Source: the human T2T-CHM13v2.0 reference genome, Homo sapiens. From it: a DNA stretch of 64,000 nucleotides. The notes under the pieces are model-generated. The model was not told where the DNA came from. It made no database searches and saw only the letters and a list, made by a program, of their open reading frames with translations. Both the position numbers and the translations under genes were made by a program. The stretch is from assembly GCF_009914755.1 (NCBI RefSeq), contig NC_060926.1, one strand, 5' to 3'. Shown here piece by piece: positions 26,196-38,545 of this stretch (within the stretch, counting starts at the first letter, position 1; every line of letters begins with the position of its first letter).

Positions 26196-28012
26196 TTAGA
26201 ATTGTCTTAAATTATCCTGGCCCCCCATGGTTCACACAAAGTCTTTTTTTTAACCACACATTTACCACTTGGTGAGGTCGAGGCAATTTGGTATACCTCT
26301 CTTTGAAGTGGTTGGTTAAATTTACCATGAATAGTTAAACATAGTAGGTTTAAAATGGCTATCATTGTGCAACATTAGATAGTGATCCATTTAGAATGTG
26401 TAATTATGTTTTTCATATGATATAATCCTTTTTTAGATTTTTTTAATAAGCTGTTTGCAGTCAGCGTTTACTGTATTTGGTAGTCAGTGTTTACCGTAGT
26501 TTGGAAAGCATATTGTACGTGGTAGAAAGACATACTGGTGTAAGAATAGGATTGAATATAAGTGATGAGTTGGATGTTTTCACTTGGGACATACAGGATC
26601 AGCTTGTACAAACTTCTTGTTTAGTAGGTGATATAACTGAGGTTCAGGGGAGTAAAATGATTTGCTAAAATAGCTAGAGCCATAACTGGAACCCAAGGCT
26701 CTTGACTTCTGGTACTGTGGTACACTGCTTCTCTTTACAATTCTTACTTATTTGAAGAATGCTTAGCACATCTATTTAAATATGCCCCATATAAGATTTT
26801 TCTTATATCAAATACTATTTTCAAATAGTGTATGCACTCTAGTCTTATTTGAGGCCCTTTAGAAAATGTTCACAGGTATTAGAAACAAGTTTTAGACTCT
26901 ATAAATTCATATCCAGATGAGGTTTAATGCTTAGTAATGAATAATAATGAAGAGTCTTTCCCACAGCCTTGATGCTGCTATCTCAATTTTTCATGACTTA
27001 TTTGTCTCGTTTCAGCTTACCTTTTAAATAATTCTTGGTTACTCATTACTTAGGGCATGGTAAATGTCTTGAGGGTACCATTCAAGTATGGTTCCAGCAG
27101 TATAGCTACAGGTGGTCCAAAACCCCAGCCCACTATGAAAATACCATTACATTATCGCCCAGGCTCTATCTCCCTAGCATAAATAGTGAACTTCAGTTTC
27201 TGTTACTGGATGTGTAGTGCCTAAAATGAATTAAGACACCTTTCTTATTCCTAGAGTTGAAAAGTGATGGAAAAAAACATTAAGTTGTCAGATGCTGAAA
27301 ACAAGAGGTCTATACTTAGGCTGAATACACATTTCTGGAATTTTGCTAGAAGTTATGCAATCAATTTTGGCTTCAGTTATATTCTTTCATGGTGATGTGA
27401 TATCAAAAAGATTGGGTTGATTAAGTGAAAAATATAAATCAGTATACCTATTTACCCAGGGAATATAACTGTGAGTAGCATGCTGCATGGTTATGTAATA
27501 CAAAACTGTTGAAACCACACAGATGATTTAAGTTGGATTAATATCTTGAAACTACATTTTTTGGTCACATATTGGGAACATGAATTATTTTGCGCATCTT
27601 AGTGATCTGCAAGATTATCAGCAACTATGACAGTAAAATGGGAACATTTCTTTGTTAAGATTGTAGAAAATGAGTTAAATTATTTTAGTTCTATTGATGT
27701 CAATAACTTTTGAGTCTTTATGTATATTGTCAAGTAGGTTTGCATTACTTCATATTAGCTGAGATTTTGGAATGTTTTCAGTGCTGCACAGGTTTCACAT
27801 GGCACATTGCATTCAACGAAAATGTGTCTCTCCATTTCAGGACCAAGAAGTCGACATAAAAGCTCCATTATTCATATAAAAAACTGTTGTAAGCAGTCTC
27901 ACAGTGGCTTAGGTATTATTCATGATACTGAGTTTTATTATTTGAGGCCCTTCAAGTCCTTACTTCTTCCAGGAAAAGGCACTGTCATATATTGTCATCA
28001 ACACTTCAAATA

Positions 28013-28980
28013 TAGGCATACTTTTTAGAGCTATTGCTTGTTTGGTTCCAGACCACTGCAATAAAGCAAATTTCACAATAAAGCCAGTCATGAATGTTTT
28101 GGTTTCTCAATGCATATAAAAGTTGTGTTTACACTATACTGTGGTCTATTAAGTGTGCAACAGCATTGTGTCTAAAAACAATGTACATACCTTAATTAAA
28201 AGATACTTTATTGCCAGAAAAACTGCTAATAATCATCCAAGCCTTCAGTGAGTAATAATCTTTTTTTTGCTGGTGGAGGGTCTTGCCTTGATATAGATGG
28301 CTGCTGACTGATCAGGGTAGTGGTTGCTGAAGGTTAGGATGGCTGTGGCAGCTTCTTAAAATAAGACAATGAAGTTTGCACATCAGTTGACTCTTCCTTT
28401 CACCAAAGATGTCTCTGTAGTACATGATGCAGCTTGCCAGTATTTTACTCACAGTAGAACTTCTTTCAAAACTGTAGTCAATCCTTTCAAACCCTGCTCT
28501 GCTTTATCAACTAAGTGTATGAAATATTCTAAATCCTTTATTGTCATTTTAACAGTGTGCACAGCATCTTCACTTGGAATAGATTCCATCTCAAGAAACC
28601 ACTTTCTTTGCTCATCAATAAGAAGTAACCCCTAATCTGTTCAAGTTTGATTATGAGATTACAGCAATTCAGTCACATCTTCAGGCTCCACTTCTAATTC
28701 TATTTCTCCTACTGTTTCTACCACATATGCAATTACTTCCCCCACTGAGGACTTGAACCCCCCAAGTCATTCACGAGTATTGGAATCAACTTCTTCCAAG
28801 CTCCTGTTAATGTTGACATCTTGACCTACTACCACAAATTACAAATGTCCTTAATGGCATCTAGAATGGTGAATTCTTTCGAGAAGATTTTCAATTGAGT
28901 TTGCTCAGATCCATCAGAGGAATCACTATTTATGGTAGCTATAGCCTTATAAAATATATTTCTTAAATAATAAGACTTGA
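28013..28980 (-). mobile_element. Tigger1 DNA transposon, 3' portion (transposase C-terminal region plus TIR)
   Basis: TA|TAGGCATAC...GTTCCAGACCACTGCAATAAAGC terminus. The minus-strand translation [43 protein letters not shown] is Tigger1 transposase. Confidence 0.93.
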
Positions 28981-29398
28981 GGATGTGGCTGATAAGATGG
29001 CTAAATAGGAACAGCTCGGGTCTGCAGCTCCCAGAGAGATCAGTGCAGAAGGTGGGTGATTTCTGCATTTCTAGCTGAGGTACCCAGCTCATCTTATTGG
29101 GACTGGTTAGACAGTGGGTGCAGCCCAGGGAGAGTGAGCTGAAGCAGGGTGGGATGTCGCCTCACCCTGGAATCACAAGGGGTCAGGGAACTCCCTCCCC
29201 TAGCCAAGGGAAGCCATGAGGGATGGTGCTGTGAGGAATGGTGCATTCTGGACCAGATAATATGTTTTTTTCCGCTGTCTTCACAACCTCCAGACCAGGA
29301 GATACCCTTGGGTGCCTACGGCACCAGGGCACTGGGTTTCAAGCATAAAACTGGGCGGCCATTTGGGCAAACACCAAGCTAGCTGCAGGAGTTTTTGT

Positions 29399-29617
29399 TC
29401 ATACCCCAGTGGTGCCTGGAATGCCAGTGAGACAGAACTGTTTGCTCCCCTGGAAAGGGGGCCGAAGCCAGGGAGCCAAGTGGTCTAGCTCAGCAGATCC
29501 AATCCCCATGGAGCCCAGCAGGCTAAAATCCACTGGCTTGAAATTCTTGGTGCCAGCACAGCAGTCTGAAGTTGACCTGGGATGCTCAGGCTTGCTGGAG
29601 GGAGGGGCGTCCACCAT
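29399..29617 (-). CDS. L1 ORF0-like antisense ORF, 72 aa (expression unknown)
   Basis: MVDAPPSSKPEHPRSTSDCCAG aligns with the L1 ORF0 N-terminus (MAGAPPPASLPPCSLISDCCAS). Kozak context GTAATGG. Located in the antisense 5' UTR. Confidence 0.45.
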   Translation of the reverse strand: MVDAPPSSKPEHPRSTSDCCAGTKNFKPVDFSLLGSMGIGSAELDHLAPWLRPPFQGSKQFCLTGIPGTTGV

Positions 29618-30319
29618 TACTGAGGCTTGAGTAGGCAGTTTTCCCCTCACAGTGTAAACAAAGCTGCTGGGAAGTTTGAACTGGACAGAGCCCACCAAAA
29701 TTCCGCAAAGCCACTGTACCCAGACTTCCTCTCTAGATTTCTCCTCTCTGGGCAGGGCATCTCTGAAAGAAAGGCAGCAGCCCCAATCCGGGGCTTATAG
29801 ATAAAACTCCCATCTCCCTAGGACAGAGCACCTGGGGAAAGGGTCAGCATGTGGCGCAGCTTCAGCAGACTTAAACATTTCTGTATGCCAGCTCTGAACA
29901 GAGCCATGGATCTCCCAGCATGTGCTCGAGCACTGCTAAGGGACAGACTGCCTCCCCAAGTGGGTCCTGGACTCCCATGCCTCCTGACTGGGAGACACCT
30001 CCCAGCAAGGGTTGACAGACACCTCATACAGGAGAGCTCTGGTTGGAATCTGGCAAGTGCCCCTCTGGGATGAAGCTTCCAGAGGAAGGAATAGGCAGCA
30101 ATCTTTGCTGTTCTGCAGCAACCACTGGTGATACCCAGGCAAACAGGGTCTGGAGTGGACCTCCAGCAAACTCCAGGAGATGTGCAGCAGAGGGGCCTGA
30201 CTGTTAGAAGGAAAACTAACAAACAGGAATAGCATCAACATCAACAAAAAGGATGTCCGCACAACAACCCCATCTGAGGTCACCAACAACAAAGACCAAA
30301 GGTAGGTAAATCCACAAAG

Positions 30320-31340
30320 ATGAGGAAAAACCAGCACAAAAAGGCTGAAAGTTACAAAAACCAGAATGCCTCTTCTCCAAAGGATCACAACTCCTTGCCA
30401 GCAAGGGAACAAAACTGGATGGAGAATGAGTTTGACGAATTGATAGAAGTAGGCTTCAGAAGGTGGGTAATAACAAACTCCTCTGGGCTAGAGGAACATG
30501 TCCTAACCACTGCAAGGAAGCTAAGAACCTTGAAAAAAGCTTAGAGGAATTGCTAACTAGAATAACCAGTTTAGAGAAGAACATAAATGACCTGATGGAG
30601 CCGAAAAACATAGCACAAGAACTTCGTGAAGCATACACAAGTATCAATAGCCGAATCGATCAAGTGGAAGAAAGGATATCAGAGGTTGAAGATCAACTTA
30701 ATGAAATAAAGTGTGAAGACAAGATTAGAGAAAAAAGAATGAGAAGGAACAAACAGAGCCTCCAAGAAATATGGGATTGTGTGAAAAGACCAAATCTATG
30801 TTTGATTGGTGTACCTGAAAGTGATGGGGAGAATGGAACCAAGTTGGAAAACACTCTTCAGGATATTATCCAGGAGAACTTCCCCAACCTAGCATGACAG
30901 GCCAACATTCAAATTCAGGAAATACAGAGAACACCACAAAGATACTCCTCAAGAAGAGCAACCCCAAGACACATAACTGTCAGATTCACCAAGGTTGAAA
31001 TGAAGGAAAAAATGTTAAGGGCAGAAAGAGAGAAAGGTCGAGTTACCCACAAAGGGAAGCCCGTCAGACTAACAGTGGATCTCTCTGCAGAAACCCTATA
31101 AGCCAGAAGAGAGTGGGGGCCAATATCCAACATTCTTAAAGAATTTTCAACCCAGAATTTCATATCCAGCCAAACTAAACTTCGTAAGTGAAGGAGAAAT
31201 AAAATCCTTTACAGACAAGCAAATGCTGAGAGATTTTGTCACCACCAGTCCTGCCCTAAAAGAGCTCCTGAAGGAAGCACTAAACATGGAAAGAAACAAC
31301 CAGTACCAGCCACTACAAAAACATACCAAATTGTATAGGC
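30320..31340 (+). pseudogene. L1 ORF1p, disrupted
   Basis: MRKNQHKKAE..., then a frameshift near 30505, then coiled-coil and KRPNLCLIGVPE...IIQENFPNLA* with a premature TGA at 30895-30897. Confidence 0.9.
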
Positions 31341-31399
31341 CATCGACACTATGAAGAAACTGCATCAACTAATGGACTAAATAACCAGCTAGCATCATA

Positions 31400-34300
31400 A
31401 TGACAGGATCAAATTCACACATAACAATATTAACCTTAAATGTAAATGGGCTAAGTGGCCCAATTAAAAGACACAGATTGGAAAATTGGATAAAGAGTCA
31501 AGACCCATCAGTGTGCTGTATTCAGGAGACCCATCTTACATGCAAAGATACACATAGGCTCAAAATAAAGGGATGGAGGAATATTTACCAAGCAAATTGA
31601 AAGCAGAAAAGAAAAAGCAGGGGTTGCAATCGTAGTCTCGGATAAAACAGACTTTAAACCAACGAAGATCAAAAGAGACAAAGAAGGGCATTACATAATG
31701 GTAAAGGGATCAATGCAACAAGAGCTAACTATCCTAAATATATATGCAACCACTACAGGAGCACCCACATTCATAAAGCAAGTTCTTAGAGACCTACAAA
31801 GAGACTTAGACTCCCACACAATAGTAGTGGGAGACTTTAACACCCAACTGTCAATATTAGATCAACAAGACAGAAGGTTAACAAGGATATTCAGGACTTG
31901 AACTCAGCTCTTGACCAAGCAGACATCTACAGAACTCTCTACCCCAGATTAACAGAATATACATTTTTCTCAGCACCACATCGCACTTATTCTAAAATTG
32001 ACCACATAATTGGAAGTAAAACAATACTCAGCAAATGCAAAATAATGTAAATCATAACAAATAGTCTCCCAGACCACAGTGCAATCAAATTAGAACTCAG
32101 GATTAAAAAACTCAATCAAAACCACACAACTACATGGAAACTGAACAACCTGTTCCTGAATGACTACTGGGTAAATAACAAAATTAAGGGAGAAATAAAC
32201 AAGTTCTTTGATACCAGTGAGAACAAAGATACAATGTACCAGACACAGCTAAAGCCCTGTTTAAAGGGAAACCTATAGCACTAAATGCCCACAGGAGAAA
32301 GCAGGAAAGATGTAAAATTGACACCCTAACATCACAATTAAAAGAATTAGAGAAGCAAGAGCAAACAAATTCAAAAGCAAGCAGAAGGTAAGAAATAACT
32401 AAAATCAGAGCAGAACTGAATGAGATAGAGACACAAAAAAACCCTTAAAAAATCAGTGAATCCAGGAGCTGCTTTTTGAAAAGATTAACAAAATATATAG
32501 ACCACTAGGCAGACTAATAAAGAAGAAAAGAGAGAAGAATCAAATAGACACAATGAAAAATGATAAAGGGAATATCACCACTGATCCCACAGAAATATAA
32601 ACTACCATCAGAGACTACTATAAACACCTCTATGCAAATAAACTAGAAAATTCAGAAGAAATGTATAAATTCCTGGACACATACACCCACCTGAGACTAA
32701 ACCAGGAAGAAGTTGAATCCCTGAATAGACCAATAACAAGTTCTGAAATTGAGGCAGTAATTAATAGTCTAACAACCAAAAAAAGCCCAGGACCAGATGG
32801 ATTCACAGCCAAATTCTACCAGAGGTACAAAGAGGAGCTGGTACCATTCCTTCTGAAACTATTCAAACAATAGAAAAAGAGGGACTCCTCCCTAACTCAT
32901 CTTATGAGCCCAGCATCATCCTGAAACCAAAAGCTGGCAGAGATACAACAAAAAAAGAAAATTTCAGGTCAATATCCCTGATGAACATCAGTGCAAAAAT
33001 CCTCAATAAAATACTGGCAAACTGAATCCAGCAGCACATCAAAAAGTTTATCCACCACGATCAAGTCAGCTTCATCCCTGGGATGCAAGGCTGGTTCAAC
33101 ATATGCAAATCAATAAACATAATCTATCATATAAACAGAACCAATGACAAAAATCACATGATTATCTCAATAGATGCAGAAAAGACCTTCGATAAAATTC
33201 AACACCCCCTTCATACTAAAAACTCTCAATAGACTAGGTATTGATGGAACATATCTCAAAATAATTAGAGCCGTTTATGACAAACCCACAGCCAATATCA
33301 TACTGAATGGGCAAAATCTGGAAGCATTCCCTTTGACAACTGGCATAAGACATGGATGCCCTATCTCACCCCTCCAATTCAACATAGTATTGGAAGTTCT
33401 GGCCAGGACAATCAGGCAAGAGAAAAAAATAAAGGGTATTCAAATAGGAAGAAAGGAAGTCAAATTGTCTCTCTTTGCAGATGACATGATTGTGTATTTA
33501 GAAAACCCCATCATCTCAGCCCCAAAACTCCTTAAGCTGATAAGCAACTTCAGCAAAGTCTCAGGATACAAAATCAATGTGCAAAAATTACAAGTACTCC
33601 TCTACACCAATAATAGACAAACAGAGAGCCAAATCATGAGTGAACTCCCATTCACAATTGCTACAAAGAGAATAAAATACCTAGGAATACAACTTACAAG
33701 GGATGTGAAGGACCTCTTCAAGGAGAACTACACACCACTTCTCAAGGAAATAAGAAAAGACACAAACAAATTGAAAAACATTCCATGCTCATGTATAGGA
33801 AGAATCAATATTGTGAAAATGGCCATATTGCCCAAGGTAATTTATAGATTCAATGCTATCCCCATCAAGCTACCATTGACTTTCTTCACAGAATTAGAAA
33901 AATCTACTTTAAATTTCATGTGGAACCAAAAAAAGCCTGTATAGCCAAGACAATCCTAAGCAAAAGAACAAAGCTGGAGGCATCATGCTACTTTACTTCA
34001 AACTACACTACAAGGCTACAGTAATCAAAACAGCATGGTACTGGTACCAAAACAGATATATAGACCAATGGAACAGGGCAGAGGCCTCAAAAATAATGCC
34101 ACACATCTACAACCATCTGACCTTTCACAAACCTGACAAAAACTAGCAACGAGGAAAGGATTCCCTATTTAATAAATGGCATTGAGTAATTGGCTAGCCT
34201 TATGCAGAAAACTGAAACTGGACCCCTTCCTTACACCTTATACAAAAATTGACTCAAGATGGATTAAAGACTTAAACGTAAGACCTAAAACCATAAAATC

Positions 34301-34770
34301 CCTAGAAGAAAACCTAGGCAATACCATTCAGGACATAGGCATGGGCAAAGACTTCATGACTAAAACACCAAAAAGCAGTGGCAACAAAAGCCACAATTGA
34401 CAAATGGGATCTAATTAAACTAAAGAGCTTCTGCACAGCAAAAGAAACTATCATCTGAGTGAACAGGCAACCTACAGAATGGGAGAAAGTTTTTGCAATC
34501 TATCCATCTGACAAAGGGCTAATATCCAGAATCTACAAGGAACTTAAACAAATTTACAAGAAAAAAACACCATCAAAAAGTGGGCAAAGGATATGAACAG
34601 ACTCTTATCAAAAGAAGACATTTATGTGGCCAACAAACATATGAATAAAAGCTCATCATCACTGGTCATTAGAGAAATGCAAATCAAACTCACAATGAGA
34701 TATCAATTTACACCAGTTACTAGAGAGGATGTGGGGACATAGGAACGCTTTTACATTGTTGGTAGGAGAG
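31400..34770 (+). pseudogene. L1 ORF2p (APE endonuclease plus reverse transcriptase), disrupted
   Basis: Fragments carry EN motifs (IQETH, VGDFN), KSPGPDGF and RT motifs ([14 protein letters not shown] in 33174..33944). Multiple stops and frameshifts. Confidence 0.92.
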
Positions 34771-35758
34771 TCTAGCTATGAAAGTCCTAGATGACATCTT
34801 CTAATAGAAGACTATTTAATCTACATTGGAAATCTGTTGTTTAGGGTAACCACCTTCATCAGTAATCTTAGCTAGATCTTCTGGATAACTTCTCCATCAG
34901 CTCTTGCTGCTTCACCTTGCACTTTTATGTTATAGAGACTGCTTCTTTCCTTCAACCTCATGAACCAACCTCTGATAGGTACTGACTTTTCTTCTGCTGT
35001 TTCTTTGAGAGCCTCATAGAATTGAAGAGTGTTAGGGGCTTGCTTTAGCTTATGAGTATGTTGTGGCTGGTTTAATCTTCCCAGATCACTAAAACTTTCA
35101 CCATGTCACCAATAAGGCTGTTTTGCTTTTTTTGTAATTCACCTGTTTATTGGAATAGCACTTTAGTTGCCTTTAAGAGCTTTACCTTTAAATACAGAAC
35201 TTGGCTGTTTGGTGCAAGAAGCCAGTTTAGCCTCTCTCAGCTTTCGACATACCTTTCTCACTAAGCTTAAACATTTGTAGCTTTTGATTTAAAGTGAGAA
35301 ATATGTGACTCTTCCTTTCACTTGAACACTTAGAGGCAATTGTAGAATTATTAATTGGCCTAATTTTAATAATGTTGTGTCTCGGGGAATAGGGAGGCCC
35401 AAGGAGAGGGAGAGAGGTGGGGGAATGGCTGTTTAGTAGACCAGTCAGAACATACACAAAATTTGTGGATTAAGTTTGCCGTCTTACATTGGTGTGGTTC
35501 ATGGTGCCCCACGACAATTAAAATAGTAACTTTAGAGATCACTGATACCAGATCACCATACCAGATATCATAATGAAAAATTTGAAATATTGTGAGAACT
35601 GCCAAAATATGACACAGAGACAAGAGCTCATGCTATTGAAAAAAATGGCTCTGATAGACTTGGCTTGATGCAGGGTTGCACAAAACCTTCAATTTGTAAG
35701 AGACATGGTTATCTGTGAAGCTCAATAAAGCACAATACAATAAAACAAGGTATGCCTG
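34771..35758 (-). mobile_element. Tigger1 DNA transposon, 5' portion (TIR plus transposase N-terminus)
   Basis: Ends AATAAAACAAGGTATGCCTG|TA. ORF 35227..35457(-) contains ASKCSSERKSHIFLTLNQKLQMFKLSEKGMSKAE, the Tigger1 transposase start. TA TSDs at 28011-28012 and 35759-35760. Confidence 0.93.
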
Positions 35759-35760
35759 TA

Positions 35761-35945
35761 TGAATTCCTTTAATATAATCCTCATAATAATCTAACAAGG
35801 TAGACATTATGCCCATTTGATAGAACTAGGAAATTGAGGCATAACAAGGTTAAGCAAATTGCACAAAATCACTTGCTTTGTAAACGGCATGATCAGGAAC
35901 CAAACTAGGCCAGCCTGATGCCAAAACTTGTTCTTAATGCACTAA
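35761..35945 (-). mobile_element. MIR SINE (host of the Tigger1 insertion)
   Basis: TAATCCTCATAATAATC...CCCATTTGATAG...GGAAATTGAGGCATAACAAGGTTAAGCAAATTGC. Confidence 0.75.
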
Positions 35946-36629
35946 ATTGATTGGTTTCAAGACTTAACTCCTGCTGCATTTAAAAGTCTTCCTATCTCAT
36001 TGGTTCCCTTTATTCTCACTTCTAATGGGCATTTTGGGCAAACTTTCACGATTTAGCTTCCTTGAAATAGCAGGTAGATTTCTTACCTTTGAGCCTCGCT
36101 CTGACCCCTTCCCAGTAGAAGACTCATGAACCATAGGTTGAAGGTGCCTTCTACTTGCAGGGTATTTTGGTTTAGCTGGATGGGGGAGGGATGTTGATCC
36201 CTTTTTTGATTGATTTACATTTGGTGGCTCAGCATGATAAAGTAGAAAGAGTATTGATGGAGTAAGATTCAGTAGATCCAAATCCCAGATCCAGTGCTTG
36301 CAGCAGCATCACTTCAGGAAAACTTGAAGAGTTTTTCTGAGTCTTCCTATCACAGATTATAGGATTTCTATAAATATTTAGTTGGAATATATAACAAAAT
36401 AATTAGGAAAGTTAGTTTTCTTTCTACTTAATTGGCTTAAAGCAATTCTGTAATTTTATTCTTATCAGTTTAAAAATATCTCCTCCGCTATTTAACATTT
36501 GATATTATATTACTTCTAGCACTAAATGCATAATCAATGTTGTGGTGTGTTTGAACCAGGGAATTTATCAGTTTCTGAGGATGTTAGAAATTTAAGTGCC
36601 TAATGTAAGAACCATGCCCAGTTTGGCAG

Positions 36630-37010
36630 AGAAATTTTCAGTTCAGAGACAATTCAAGTACCCTCCCACATTTCCCACTCCTCTAGAAGTTAGGCAATCC
36701 CGTCTAACTACTTCTGGCCAGTGGGCTGAGATGGGAAGTAATGTGAGTCTCTTCCAGGCAAAATGCATTTATGAGCTGGTGTGTGGTGCTTCAGCTCTCT
36801 TTTTCCCTAATGCAGCAACCTTGAAGTTGAATATTCCTGTTGACATAGTTAGAAGATATAAGTAGTCTGAATCCCTGTGACATCACTTGGAAGCCAGCAA
36901 ACCCACAGAGGACTTTGCATGAGCAATCACTAAATCTTTATGAATTATACTGTGATTTGGGGGATTTGTTTGTTATTGTATTATAGCCTAATCTAACTTG
37001 ACTAATATAC
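36630..37010 (+). mobile_element. MaLR LTR (MLT1I/J-like)
   Basis: CACATTTCCCACTCCTCTAGAAGTTAGG...TTCTGGCCAGTGGG...GATTTGGGGGATTTGTTTGTTATTG...TTGACTAATATA. Confidence 0.75.
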
Positions 37011-37944
37011 ATAGCCTTTGGAGGTGTGTGGTTTTTGCTTGGTAAGGATATAGGTAACTAAAAAATACTAAGAAGAGTTGCAGCAGACACCCAAATCTAA
37101 GTAGACTCCTAATCAAAAGGTCATTGTTACCAATAACTAGTTCTGTGGTTCTATAGATAGAGAAAAATTTTTTTCGTAACATTTTCAAAGCAAACATTTT
37201 GTCACACACAATTTTCTTGGCGAATTAGACGTTTATTCAGACCAGCCTATGCACAATATAAAACCCTTCAATATGAATGACAACAAAAACAAAAAAGTAA
37301 TCATGACATACCAGGTTAAATTAATGCTATCTTAGCTAAGATTTACCTCTCTTGTATCAAAAATAAATATTTTGAAGCAAGAGTGGAAACTCCAGAGTAG
37401 AACTGTTCACTATATGACAATTGTCTATAAAGATAATTCAATTTATTAAAAAACTATAGAAGTTTCACAATTCACTTATTTTACTTAATATAATGACAAA
37501 ATCAGATCATTGACCCTGCAATCCAATCAGCATCACAGTATCTTAGTAAATGTTCTGTAATTGGTTGGATAACTTGCATGGCTATTATGACAAATAGGCC
37601 AGTTACAAGACTGGAATGCCTTTACCTCCACAGACTTCATTTACTGATCTGCTGAAAATATTTGTATTTGGCACATTGGAGACACAGAAGTGAACTGAAG
37701 TTTTGATTTCATGATCTGTATGACTTGATTTAGCATTTTGGTTAATGAGCAATTGATATTTAAAATATATATGAGATCCTTATTGATTATGTTAAATTGA
37801 TAAAGTTTTTGTTTTAACTGGAAAGGCAAAAAAATGATATTTCAAAAATGATTCTTTAATCATGCATTGCTATGCCTGGAGCTGTAGTTTTTTTTTTGTT
37901 AGTGATTGCATGATAAATGAGTGGATCATGGCAAGACTGGCCAG

Positions 37945-38170
37945 AATGCCTGTTTGGCTGGAAATCAGGAGTTCTGTGGTTGACTCAAGGTTTTATTACA
38001 AATGCATTGGTTACCTGAGTGACCCTGGGCTGGTCACAGAACTATTTAGGGCTTTACTTTTCTTACCTGTAGAGTGAAGATACCAATACCTTTCAGTGGT
38101 TAAAGCATTGGTATAAGAATCAGATGAGCTAAAAAGCATGTGAAAATGGCTTAATGACACACAATGTTAT
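37945..38170 (+). mobile_element. MIR SINE
   Basis: TGAGTGACCCTGGGCTGGTCAC...TTTTCTTACCTGTAGAGTGAAGATA. Confidence 0.6.
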
Positions 38171-38284
38171 ATATATTTATTTAAACTTATGGATAGATAT
38201 GTGAACAAATAATGTTTTATTTGGCCAAGCCTATTCTCTTGGTTCTTTGTCTTCCAACTTGAAACACTAAGTCTGTCCCCAGTC

Positions 38285-38545
38285 TCCTGTGGAGACATTT
38301 CCTGACCTTTCACCCTATGCCTAAATCTTGGCCAAATGCTCCTTATCTATGTTCCAGAGAACCTCTGCATAACTGCATTATAGTGCTTACCAAATTACAT
38401 TGATAGAATTTGTCTCTGCCTGTCTCCTCCATTAGACAGTGAGCTTCTTGAGAGCAGTGGCAATATAGTTTTTATTTTTGTATCTGCCATTTCCAGCATA
38501 ATGCTTGGCACATTGTAGATGCTCCTAAATGTTTACCAGACTGAT
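38285..38545 (+). mobile_element. L2 3' end
   Basis: ATTAGACAGTGAGCTTCTTGAGAGCAG...CAGCATAATGCTTGGCACATTGTAGATGCTCCTAAATGTTT. Confidence 0.75.

Larger units (their letters stand above)
28981..34770 (+). mobile_element. Near-full-length L1PA7/8-like LINE-1 (5' UTR, ORF1, ORF2) lacking its 3' end
   Basis: 5' UTR starts ...AAGATGGCTAAATAGGAACAGC. ORF1 ATG is at 30320 and ORF2 ATG at 31400 (MTGSNSHITILTLNVNGL). Ends at ACATTGTTGGTAGGAGAG without 3' UTR or poly(A). Confidence 0.96.

Noticed and set aside
29818-30647. Several overlapping 60-158 aa ORFs
   Set aside because: These are the usual alternative and antisense frames of the L1 5' UTR and ORF1.
33174-33944. 256-aa ORF with an FADD motif as a functional or novel reverse transcriptase
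   Set aside because: It is a frameshift-bounded piece of ordinary L1 ORF2 and lacks the N-terminal RT motifs in frame.
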